Part shown: piece by piece, positions 40,837 to 50,116 of the stretch
Layout of the letters: each line of letters opens with the position of its first letter
Numbering within the stretch: position 1 is the stretch's first letter
Assembly: GCA_002811645.1 (NCBI GenBank)
Contig: PDIP01000027.1
Span: forward strand, 62,001-126,000
Reading direction: 5' to 3'
Length of the DNA: 64,000 nucleotides
Source of the DNA: Corallochytrium limacisporum Hawaii
Lineage: Eukaryota > Protista > Pluriformea
Notes under the pieces: model-generated
Databases searched by the model: none
Seen by the model: the letters and a program-made list of their open reading frames with translations, nothing else
Told to the model about the DNA's origin: nothing
Position numbers and translations under genes: made by a program

Positions 40837-41412
40837 GGTCTTGTTAAATATATCTACTTCACAGTATTTTAAGGTAGTACTGAGATTCTACAATGCTCTG
40901 AGATGATACACGAGAAAACACTGATTGATACGAGAATCTAAACTTATGAAGCGCGCACGATGGACATGGCTGTGGCAGTCTATTACTGGAAACTCTGCGA
41001 ACCTTCCCCCCTCCCCAAGAAGTCTCACTTGAGACTTTTCTCTTCATTGTGGGTCGTACCAATACCAATCACTGAAGGCCTCTTACCTGTGAGACTGGCA
41101 AAGTAAACTCAAATGATGCCGACAGCGGGGGTCCATTTGTAAGCGATCCAAGGAGACACCAACTCATAGAGGGAGCAATCCGAACGAATTCCCCTAGTTG
41201 GACAGAATAAATCCGGGGCTGTGAGCGATGGGAGGGGTGTAACCATGCAGATTGCGTACCCCAATTTATATGAAACTCGGTGCAACCAAATTAGCTGACA
41301 ACTCAGCCAGGGGAGGGATGACGGAAACAGGGGGAAAGGCTATTTGAAAGACTGCCTGATTGGAAGTCACATATGGCTACACTTCCTTGTCTGTGATATT
41401 CATCAATAAACG

Positions 41413-44409
41413 ATGGCAATATTGAATAGAGCATCTTTTCATCAGATGGCGTTGCAGTCGATAGTAACTTTCTATGTTCTCCTGATCTCAATCTCTGGAT
41501 CCAGGGCCGCAGTCTGTCCTAAGGCAACACTGGCTGGTGAAAGGGTGAATTTGTTCAATCCTGAGGATGTATCAGATTTTGAAGTTTCCGTCCTACTCAG
41601 TGATGCGTTTTGCATTGCGTCTACATGCCTGACCATTGAGGACCATGGCTATGATCTGATGGCCTACTGTGTCGCGGATGTCAACGATCCTTGTGTTTAT
41701 TTGTATGACAAGACAGGGTCAGGCAACAAGATCCTACCTACAAGCTTGTCTGCGAACATTGCAAACGAGCAATTCGGACTACTTGCTACGTTTTCAGGTC
41801 CTTTGCCCGATGCGGACTCCAGTCTAAGATTATTTTTAGGTAATGGATTTCGCAGTGGTGACAGGAGTGAGAACTTCGAGACCCAGGTGCTCGGTCACTG
41901 GATAAGCGCGAACAGTGCCTCTTTAGGCTGCTCATCATCGCCCCATGCCATTGAAGAGTACTGTAAACCTGTGACAGCTGATTTCGCACCCCAAATAACA
42001 GCAGAGTGGGGCTATGATGCGAATGAGCGGGTAATTGAAGTCATCACTGACATTGACAGGAATTCTGGCCTGCAGGCTACCTTCGAGGTGTCTTCACTAA
42101 CGATCGATGGTACCGACCATTATGACTTCGCGCATCCGATATCGATTTCTATTCAAAAACCTGCTTCGTTTATTTCCGTTGCGGTCTCCTCCACAGAGCA
42201 GGTCCACCAAGATCGGTTTGAACAACTTGACTGGCTGGACAGTTTAGATTCACAAATCGTAGAGGAGGAAAGTACCGAAGAGGAAGCGGACCGTTGGCTT
42301 GACCGCTACCGTGCCGGTGAAACTGGATTGGTTCTGCTTTACGCGCTCCCCGGTGGATACGACCCCTTGAAATCCGCTGCTGACTATTTCAGTTTAGATT
42401 GGATGAAAGATGGTATAATGACTTCATTTTACAGGGGTACACCATGGATAAAGGAAGCTCCTGCGGATTCTGTAGGTAGATATTGTCTCGAAATCTGTTC
42501 ACCACGAAGCTCACAGTGTAAAAGCTCATCCATTCAGTGTGAGGTTGGTTCATTCTCAATGCATACACTACAAACAGGAGCCTTGTTTACGAAGATGTCA
42601 ATGGGTGAGTCTGACTTCAATGAGTCCCCTCTGGATGTGACGGTTTCTTATGGAGATTACGAAGACACTCTGATTCGATTATGCAATCTTGATGCATGTG
42701 TGGGAGACACCGCAGAATATCCTGGTATGCTTGGCTTCTTCACTGCTAGTGTGGAAATTTCGGTTTCCGCTCAACCTTCTTTCCTGGATTATGAGATCTG
42801 GGTGAACTCAAATACGCTAGAAGTCGCCACTGTGACAGCGGATGAGTTTGGAGACGAATGTGGTAGTTTGGGAGTTTCCAACTACACTTTCCTTGACGAA
42901 AATCGCCTCACGAATGCAGACTTCTGTAGGGCACCTTTTGGAAGCTGTGCATTCAAGACCATGAGTAACATCGCGTCTTTTAGAGAGCCATTCGAGTCCA
43001 GTCTTATTAAAGCTGGTCTGGGTCATTTCGATCCCCTTTCCTCTAAGGCGATCTTTGACGTTGATGATGCAAACCCTTGGCAAGTTACCTTGCGAATCCC
43101 ACTGGATCATCCTCAGCTCACGGATATATTTAAAAGGCCGAAACTCCCTTCTGCTGACGATTGTGAGCCTCAGGCGGTCCTGGTCAACATTATAAACTAT
43201 CGAGTTCAGTCGTCCTTTTCAGTGTTGAACGAAGGCACAGGTACTGGAGTGATTGAAGCGTCCTTGCAATGCAGCAAGATGGCAGGAGGTGCTGTGTTTG
43301 AGACCTCTGTTGCACATGAAGTGGACGCTGGAGACAACCAGACGTTCAACTTTTCTGGATATCTACCAGCGTCATATCAGGAAGAAGATAGGGTTGGCAG
43401 TCTGTCATGTATTGTAAGCTATGAGTTGGTAACTAGAAGAAGCCTTTGGCCAGTTGAGCAGTTTGAGAGGTCTTGTGCTGCTGCTACGATTTGGACGGTA
43501 GATGGGCATACGCAACCAGTGACATCATGTGCCACAACCTCTACTCTGACTGCTGATGACTTCAAAGCTGATCGCGACATCGACAATACCACACGAGTCA
43601 ATGTTTCGGGCCTTACTTTGCGCAGCTCATGCTCTCCCACTCAGGTGACCATAGCAAGACTGTCTTTAAGCTGCGCCGCTGATGGACAAATCGTGACCTC
43701 CCAGAAATTGGTCGAATTGACTGCTGCTGAGACGGCGTTGTCGATGCAAATTGAGGTCATCAGCACAGACTTTGGTTATGATTGTGCGTTAACGATATCT
43801 ATTCTGAAACCAACTGGCGAAGAAATTGTGTTTGCGAACAACTTTTCAGTCGCCGCGGAGGAGCAACCTCCTGGTACCACGCCAGGATCCACATCGACCA
43901 GTGCCCCGTATCCAAGTGACACCACGTCCCCGACAGACCCTGAAGAAAGCGAAACAACTCCAGTTGCTGACGACAAGGACAGCGGATTGAGTCCCGCTGT
44001 GCTCGGGATCAGCATTGCATTGCCCGCTACATTGCTTTTCTTTGTAGGTGGGATCCTACATCAGAGACACAGAAAGCAGTCCAGGGCTGTTAACCCACAA
44101 CATCTGAAATTTCAAATCGAGGGGCAGGATTTCAGTTTGATCACAAGTTGGGCAATAAGAACGGAGGCCGCCACATTGACCCAAGCCAAAGCATCCGACC
44201 ATTGTGAAATACTGAAGTTTTTCTCAAACCCGGATTGGACTCTCGATGGGGTTTGCGCATTCAGCCCGCATGACCTAGTGGCTTCCATGGATCTACCTCA
44301 CGTCCAGATTCGTGCCTCCGAAGACCCAGAAATCTACACAGAAAAAGTTGGAAAGAGCACCGTTATCTGGTTGTATAGTCCTCACGGACTATACAAACTC
44401 GAGTCCTGA
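41413..44409 (+). CDS. HAP2: Divergent HAP2/GCS1-like fusexin (class II fusogen), type I membrane protein
   Basis: Signal peptide (possible start at 41446). Collinear HAP2 motifs: PISISIQK-x20-E, YRG...RYCLE, QPSFLDY, GDECGSLGVS...F...FC..PFGSC, ADD, N.G....ASLQCS. Ser/Thr/Pro stalk, single TM (about 43996-44060), basic stop-transfer QRHRK. Confidence 0.72.
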   Translation: MAILNRASFHQMALQSIVTFYVLLISISGSRAAVCPKATLAGERVNLFNPEDVSDFEVSVLLSDAFCIASTCLTIEDHGYDLMAYCVADVNDPCVYLYDKTGSGNKILPTSLSANIANEQFGLLATFSGPLPDADSSLRLFLGNGFRSGDRSENFETQVLGHWISANSASLGCSSSPHAIEEYCKPVTADFAPQITAEWGYDANERVIEVITDIDRNSGLQATFEVSSLTIDGTDHYDFAHPISISIQKPASFISVAVSSTEQVHQDRFEQLDWLDSLDSQIVEEESTEEEADRWLDRYRAGETGLVLLYALPGGYDPLKSAADYFSLDWMKDGIMTSFYRGTPWIKEAPADSVGRYCLEICSPRSSQCKSSSIQCEVGSFSMHTLQTGALFTKMSMGESDFNESPLDVTVSYGDYEDTLIRLCNLDACVGDTAEYPGMLGFFTASVEISVSAQPSFLDYEIWVNSNTLEVATVTADEFGDECGSLGVSNYTFLDENRLTNADFCRAPFGSCAFKTMSNIASFREPFESSLIKAGLGHFDPLSSKAIFDVDDANPWQVTLRIPLDHPQLTDIFKRPKLPSADDCEPQAVLVNIINYRVQSSFSVLNEGTGTGVIEASLQCSKMAGGAVFETSVAHEVDAGDNQTFNFSGYLPASYQEEDRVGSLSCIVSYELVTRRSLWPVEQFERSCAAATIWTVDGHTQPVTSCATTSTLTADDFKADRDIDNTTRVNVSGLTLRSSCSPTQVTIARLSLSCAADGQIVTSQKLVELTAAETALSMQIEVISTDFGYDCALTISILKPTGEEIVFANNFSVAAEEQPPGTTPGSTSTSAPYPSDTTSPTDPEESETTPVADDKDSGLSPAVLGISIALPATLLFFVGGILHQRHRKQSRAVNPQHLKFQIEGQDFSLITSWAIRTEAATLTQAKASDHCEILKFFSNPDWTLDGVCAFSPHDLVASMDLPHVQIRASEDPEIYTEKVGKSTVIWLYSPHGLYKLES

Positions 44410-44412
44410 GCT

Positions 44413-44979
44413 CTACGGAGCAGCTGTACTCTTCACAGTGATGGCCTGAGACGGAGTGATCTTGAAGCCGTTTAGCTGCGAGATTGCCTCCTTTGCACCC
44501 TCTTCACTATCGTATCGTACAAGGGCTGTTTGTTTCCCCGAAAGCAATTCAATTTTTGATAGTCCCTTAATCTGATTAAACAACATCATAATGACTGCTT
44601 CAGTTGTTTCTCTTGGGAGTTCTGTTACGACTACAGTGTACGAAGACGCTGCGTGACAATCCGCGTCAGGGTCAATCTCCATGGACTCCGCGACAAACTT
44701 TCTCAGAATCTTCGAGCGTTGCTTCGCATAATCTATCCGCATGGGTTTGCTGAAGAAATTAAAACCCTGGAGTTCACTCTTAGCCTCTGTTGCAGAGGCG
44801 AGATCTTTGTAGACGACGAAGGCTTGACCTCGCTTCTTTATGCCTTTGTGTGCTACTATGTCTAGCACCGGACCGTGCAATGAAAACAGGGAATACAATG
44901 CTTTCTTCAGCTCCGGAATTTTAACCTTCTCATTAAGATTATTGACGTATAACGTCTGATTCGGTTTGTTCACGCTCAT
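44413..44979 (-). CDS. U1A/U2B''/SNF family snRNP protein (two RRMs)
   Basis: PNQTLYVNNLNEKVK..ELKK.LY.LFS..G..LDIVA....K.RGQAFV; second RRM with LP.E.....LF.Q and L.GFKITP. The DIVA loop is U2B''/SNF-like. Confidence 0.93.
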   Translation of the reverse strand: MSVNKPNQTLYVNNLNEKVKIPELKKALYSLFSLHGPVLDIVAHKGIKKRGQAFVVYKDLASATEAKSELQGFNFFSKPMRIDYAKQRSKILRKFVAESMEIDPDADCHAASSYTVVVTELPRETTEAVIMMLFNQIKGLSKIELLSGKQTALVRYDSEEGAKEAISQLNGFKITPSQAITVKSTAAP

Positions 44980-45705
44980 TTCTATGCCGAGACAAGGACT
45001 CGTACTTTGCCGAATGCTTTCCTAGGTGATCATTGTGGGACTCACGACACAAAATCTACAAACTCTAAATGTCTTTTACATGTGCAACACACGATGCTCT
45101 TCGTTGACTGTTCTCTATGCTATGGCCGGAGATGCAAAAGTACCCGCACAGACCTTGCGACCGAGGGCACGTTTGCAGACTTGTCGCGCTCCGAACTCAC
45201 GGATGCCCTCCTACGGCACCACACTCAACGAGCCGCGCGGTTCGGGCCCCGATTTCTTTTCCAAACGGTTTCGGTCGGGGAGCGGGTCTCGCTCTAGCTG
45301 TCGGCCGTCGCCTCGGCCCTTGCACGTCGCGTGGGGTTTTCGGAGTAGATGGGGAAGCGGGTGCGTGGGGTGCGTGGGTGCGGACCCGCGGTCCCATTGG
45401 CGCAACGGTTCACTGTCTGCGGGTTCTGCATGGCACCAGACTATCCGAATATTTGTACTCCAGAGTCTATTCCAACGTCATTTTCCCCCCTTATTTCTTC
45501 ATAATAATCGATCAGTGTACCGGGACGATTCACCTATTTGAATTGTGTGTTTTGGTTTCTCCTTCCAGGACGCAATTGTAGCGTAAGTAAAACTCTTCTG
45601 TGACTTTCTATATATTGGTTCGGGTGTGACTATAGAGCAATGGGAAGGCGGCGTGTGGATCTTCCTTCCTGAAGAAAGTAAACAGGTGCACATTTCACGC
45701 TGAAA

Positions 45706-47172
45706 ATGACTGTGAATGACGAATCCCACGGTGCAGCTGGAGAAGACACAATGATTCGGACAGCGGCCACAAAATTACGCGGATATGACTTCTATCGCCA
45801 GGTACTGAAGTCGCCTAAGCGTCTTGTTGCGCCAATGGTAGACCAGAGCGAGCTTCCCTGGCGCATGCTATCTCGAAAGTATAACGCGGATCTGTGCTAC
45901 ACACCCATGTTCCATGCAGCTCTATTCGGTCAACACGCTTCATACAGGAAAGAGAACTTCCAGACTTGCCCGGAGGACAGGCCCTTAGTCGTTCAATTCT
46001 GTGCTAACGACCCGAATGAACTGCTGAAAGCAGCAAAGTACGTCGAGAATGACTGCGACGCTGTGGACATTAATCTGGGCTGCCCTCAGGGCATTGCCCG
46101 CAAGGGCCACTACGGCGCCTTTCTGCAGGACGAATGGGAACTAGTTGCTAGCATGGTGCGTATCCTAGACAAGGAATTGAAAGTGCCAGTCACTTGCAAA
46201 ATTCGGGTCTTTGACACCGTGGAGAAGACAGTTGCATACGCAAAGATGATTGAGGCGGCAGGCTGCAGTTTGCTTACAGTGCATGGCCGCACCCGGGAAC
46301 AGAAGGGCCAGTTGACCGGCCTAGCGGACTGGGACAAGATCAAGGCCGTGAAGGAGGCAGTGAAGATCCCAGTCATAGCAAATGGTAACATTGTAGAGTT
46401 TGAAAATGTCGATCAGTGTATTCAACAGACTGGTGTAGAGGGAGTCATGATTGCGGAGGCGAATCTGGCAAATCCCGCCTTCTTTGCCGAGACACATCCC
46501 CATATTTGTGACATAGCGGATGAGTACCTCGACCTCGTGGAGAAATATCCAATTCATCGGGGATCCATGAAGGCACACCTGTTTTACCTTTGGAAGAGGG
46601 CCCTGTACTTCCATCCTGAATTTCGGGACAGAGTGGGGACTGCGCACGATGTGCCGAGCATGCAGGCCGTGTCTCGGGATCTCCGCTCTGCGTTGGATGC
46701 GGATGAAAAGCGCTTTGCAGACAAGGGCATGGAGTGTCCCTTGGATCCTCCATACTGGCAGTGCTACAGCTTCATCCGTACACTCTTCAAGGAGCGGGTT
46801 GCAGCCATTCAGGAGAAATTGGGGGTCAAGTCAGATAAGAGTGTAAAGATGTCTACTGGTGAGGCTATGATGCAGCTTGTGGCCAGTGTTACGGACTCAT
46901 CGGTAGATGAAATCCTTGCAGAGAAGCGCCGTCAGCGGGAACTGAAACGAAAACGCCGCCAAGAGACCATAGAAATGCGAAAGGAACGAAAAGCAAAGTT
47001 TGCAGGTATGTCTTGCCCAGTATGCAATGCAAATGCTGTGAGCCACAAGTGCAACCAGCTCGTCTGCAAAACCTGCTGCATCAAAAGGTGTAAGGCAGAG
47101 GATATCTGGTGCGAACACCACCGAGTCAATCTGCAACTGAGGCATCAGCAAATCCTTGAGAAAGACAGTTAG
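45706..47172 (+). CDS. DUS1L: tRNA-dihydrouridine(16/17) synthase with C-terminal Cys/His zinc module
   Basis: APMVDQSEL.WR.LSR, DRPL.VQFCAND, DINLGCPQ.IA.KGHYGAFL, TVHGRT.EQKG; C-terminal CxxC...C....C..CC...C..H. Confidence 0.95.
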   Translation: MTVNDESHGAAGEDTMIRTAATKLRGYDFYRQVLKSPKRLVAPMVDQSELPWRMLSRKYNADLCYTPMFHAALFGQHASYRKENFQTCPEDRPLVVQFCANDPNELLKAAKYVENDCDAVDINLGCPQGIARKGHYGAFLQDEWELVASMVRILDKELKVPVTCKIRVFDTVEKTVAYAKMIEAAGCSLLTVHGRTREQKGQLTGLADWDKIKAVKEAVKIPVIANGNIVEFENVDQCIQQTGVEGVMIAEANLANPAFFAETHPHICDIADEYLDLVEKYPIHRGSMKAHLFYLWKRALYFHPEFRDRVGTAHDVPSMQAVSRDLRSALDADEKRFADKGMECPLDPPYWQCYSFIRTLFKERVAAIQEKLGVKSDKSVKMSTGEAMMQLVASVTDSSVDEILAEKRRQRELKRKRRQETIEMRKERKAKFAGMSCPVCNANAVSHKCNQLVCKTCCIKRCKAEDIWCEHHRVNLQLRHQQILEKDS

Positions 47173-47688
47173 TAGACTGGTACTGCTACGGAACCCAGAA
47201 ATGGATCTGTCGCATCTATGGAATAAATCACATCTAGATTTGCTTTGTGACGTACTGGTTCACAGCATCCAAGTTTCTCCCCGGGTTCTCTGCACCCATC
47301 TTAAGATCCGGGGCCTATTTATTTCTCCGTACCTCCCCCTTGACAAATAGGTAACCAACGTACACGGTACCACCACCCAACGTCACGCCCGGCAAAGGGG
47401 GCGAGTCTCGTGGCAGGGCACGGGACATTTCTCATTCGGTGGTACTGGTAGCGAGCAACCGGTACTTGCGACCATGTCATTCTAGCCAGGTACTCCATCA
47501 TACATAAAGCCGAACACTTTTTGTGTGTCGCACATTTCGGAAAGATAGTCAATTGCTACTTCAGCGAGGTTAGAAATCACTTTTCCACAAAATAATGTTG
47601 ATCTGTACAGGCATGGTTTACCGTAAGATTCTTTAAGAGCATAGGGTTGCAGGCAAGCGTTTGGGGTTCAAGAAATTTATTTTCAGAC

Positions 47689-49485
47689 ATGTCCCTGGTT
47701 CGCGTTGCGCAGTGCACAGGGATGCTCCACCGCAGTGGGCAATCTCTCGTAGCCAAGACGGGTGCCGTAGCATTAAGGAGACAGCAGACTGTATTGACCC
47801 AATGTTGGAGTCAGACTCGCGGACTGTCTTCCACAGTCCAAGTACAGGGCTCCGGATTCGTACGGAGGTGGACAGTGCGGCTGTGTACCGCTGGCCTAGT
47901 GGCTGGCATGTTGAACAGTCCAAAATTTCGTCGCGGCGTGGAAGACTCCATCGTCCAGGCCGAGCGCATTGCAATGGTCGACTACACTGTGTTCATGATA
48001 GTACTGGACTACAAGTGGAATCTGTGGCGCCGAGGGACGGATGATAAGCAAAAGATGAGCCAACTTTGGCATGAGCTTCACCAGCGTGCGGCAGAGCGCC
48101 TCCTGGCTCTTTGTCGCCACAATGGAGGTGTCTACATCAAACTGGGACAGCACGTCGGTGCTCTGGACTACCTTTTACCTGAGGAATACGTGAACACACT
48201 GCGGATCTTGCACGACGAGGCACCGACAGACTCATGGAATGAGGTAGTCCGCATGGTAGAAAGCCAGTTACCGAATGGTAAGAAGCTCAATGATGTCTTT
48301 TCTAGTTTCGATCCGGTCCCAGTGGGTGCAGCAAGTCTAGCGCAGGTACACCGCGCAGTACTTCGGGAGACCGGAGAGACTGTCGCTGTAAAGGTACAGC
48401 ATCCGCTTGTTGGCAGAAACGCGTACAATGACATTATTCTGACTGACTGGTTTGCACACGGTGTAGCGTGGCTATTTCCGGACTTCAAATTTCTGTGGGT
48501 TTCGGAGGAGATGAAGTTGAATGCACCAAAAGAGCTCAATTTTCTCCATGAAGCGGAGAATGCGGATCGCCTGCGACGTATGAAGGAGGATACTATACCC
48601 TGGCTGAGGATCCCAAGGATCCACTGGCAGCTCAGTACTTCAAAGATGTTGGTCATGGAATTTGTGGAAGGTGTGAAGTTCAACGACGCTGAGATGATGA
48701 AGGCAATCAAGGCGGACCCCAATCTTCTATCCCGTCGCATAAAGGAATTGTATGCACAAATGATATTTGTGGATGGTTTCGTTCATGTCGATCCGCATTC
48801 GGGGAACATCATGATTGATGTGGAGGACCCCTCCAGGATTATTCTATTGGACCATGGCATGTACCGCGATCTTCCGGATTCGTTCCGCATTTCCTATGCC
48901 TATCTTTGGAGCAGTCTGATCGATGGGAACCTGAAGAACATTAAGCGGTACTCAGAAGCTCTGGGAGTAGGTGAATTGTGGCCACTGTTTGCATGCATTG
49001 TGACGGGTCGCTCGTGGGAGAGCGTGCAACAGGGCGTTGGGGCTCCCGTCGACGCTAAGAAGAACGATGTTATGATCAAGCAGAACGTTGGACTTTATGT
49101 TAAGGAGATCATAGCTGTGCTAAATGATGTACCTCGTGACCTGCTTCTGATGCTGAAGACTAACGATTTGATCAAATCTCTCGATCACCAGCTGAAGCCG
49201 AATCGATGGGGAAGTAGCATGTCCAAAATGGCTGTGTATTGTAAGTGGGCCGTCTACAAACATGAGCAGGTCCAGGTTCGCTCGTTCACGCGACTTTGGA
49301 TCAACCGTTTGAAAATGTGGTCCTTGTATTTGAAGATCTGGCTGTACGATCTCACCCAACGGTTCTTTGACCTCACCGACAGCATTCCAGTCGTAGGCCA
49401 GTGGACTCGCCCTCAGGTGGAAGAGTGGACCGAAGATGATCTCGAGCCAGAGTCCATCGAGCGGGCCGCAGCATCTGTACAATAG
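47689..49485 (+). CDS. ADCK1: ABC1/UbiB atypical kinase ADCK1-like, mitochondrial
   Basis: NGGVYIKLGQH.GALDYLLPEEY, ASLAQVH.A, VAVKVQHP, GFVH.DPH.GN, LLDHG.Y, LL..KTNDL; first in-frame ATG at 47689. Confidence 0.9.
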   Translation: MSLVRVAQCTGMLHRSGQSLVAKTGAVALRRQQTVLTQCWSQTRGLSSTVQVQGSGFVRRWTVRLCTAGLVAGMLNSPKFRRGVEDSIVQAERIAMVDYTVFMIVLDYKWNLWRRGTDDKQKMSQLWHELHQRAAERLLALCRHNGGVYIKLGQHVGALDYLLPEEYVNTLRILHDEAPTDSWNEVVRMVESQLPNGKKLNDVFSSFDPVPVGAASLAQVHRAVLRETGETVAVKVQHPLVGRNAYNDIILTDWFAHGVAWLFPDFKFLWVSEEMKLNAPKELNFLHEAENADRLRRMKEDTIPWLRIPRIHWQLSTSKMLVMEFVEGVKFNDAEMMKAIKADPNLLSRRIKELYAQMIFVDGFVHVDPHSGNIMIDVEDPSRIILLDHGMYRDLPDSFRISYAYLWSSLIDGNLKNIKRYSEALGVGELWPLFACIVTGRSWESVQQGVGAPVDAKKNDVMIKQNVGLYVKEIIAVLNDVPRDLLLMLKTNDLIKSLDHQLKPNRWGSSMSKMAVYCKWAVYKHEQVQVRSFTRLWINRLKMWSLYLKIWLYDLTQRFFDLTDSIPVVGQWTRPQVEEWTEDDLEPESIERAAASVQ

Positions 49486-49739
49486 AATAAACAGAACTTA
49501 AAGAAATGAATCTACGCTTAGATGTAATACACACCGCTCTACATAGGGACGATTCCACTTATCCGGACCTGGTGACAATTTGATTCCACTGCAGCAACAG
49601 ATCGGCTACATTGTTACTCACCGGGCCGTAGTTGGAGTCTGCTGGTATTCCCCTTCTCCTCGCAACGGATTCCCATCCCCAAGAGAGCGGGAGTCTATTT
49701 AGCTGGCTAGAAGGAAAGGGGGAGGGAAATGGGTGGGTG

Positions 49740-49751
49740 TTTCGGCGCGAA
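49740..49751. promoter_or_regulatory. Near-palindromic E2F-like site TTTCGGCGCGAA upstream of the RecQ gene
   Basis: TTCGCGCC core on the minus strand; TTTGAA at 49881-49886. Confidence 0.3.
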
Positions 49752-50116
49752 GAATTCGGAAACGGGGCGACCAGTGCGGGCTCAGCGCCAGCGACAGGTC
49801 GACGGAACGTGAGACCCTGTGTTCATAGTGGGCCTGGTACACGGTTCACATGGCAAAGAGCCCCGGAAGTAAATGTCCAATTTGAAACTTGGGCGATTTT
49901 AAAGGACCACTTGCTGGTATGAAATGGTATGATAGAATATTGCGCTTTGTGGTGAAATTGTCCAATGATCCATGTATAGGAGTACCGCTTGGTATACACG
50001 TAGTGTCGAGAGCGAGCGTGGACAACAGAACAGTGTCCTAAGATTATACCCCAATACTGAAATATGTGAGTTGCTAAATGATTAGGAAGAGAAGATCTTG
50101 AAAGAGTCCGGTAAAC

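Noticed and set aside
41081-41095. CTTACCTG as a U1 snRNA 5' end, and GCCTTTTTAC at 61853 as U5 loop I
   Set aside because: Imperfect matches with no supporting stems or Sm site recognisable.
43900-44412. U1A autoregulatory PIE element (AUUGCAC) in the snRNP gene 3' region
   Set aside because: No AUUGCAC or AUUGUAC found on the minus strand downstream of the stop.
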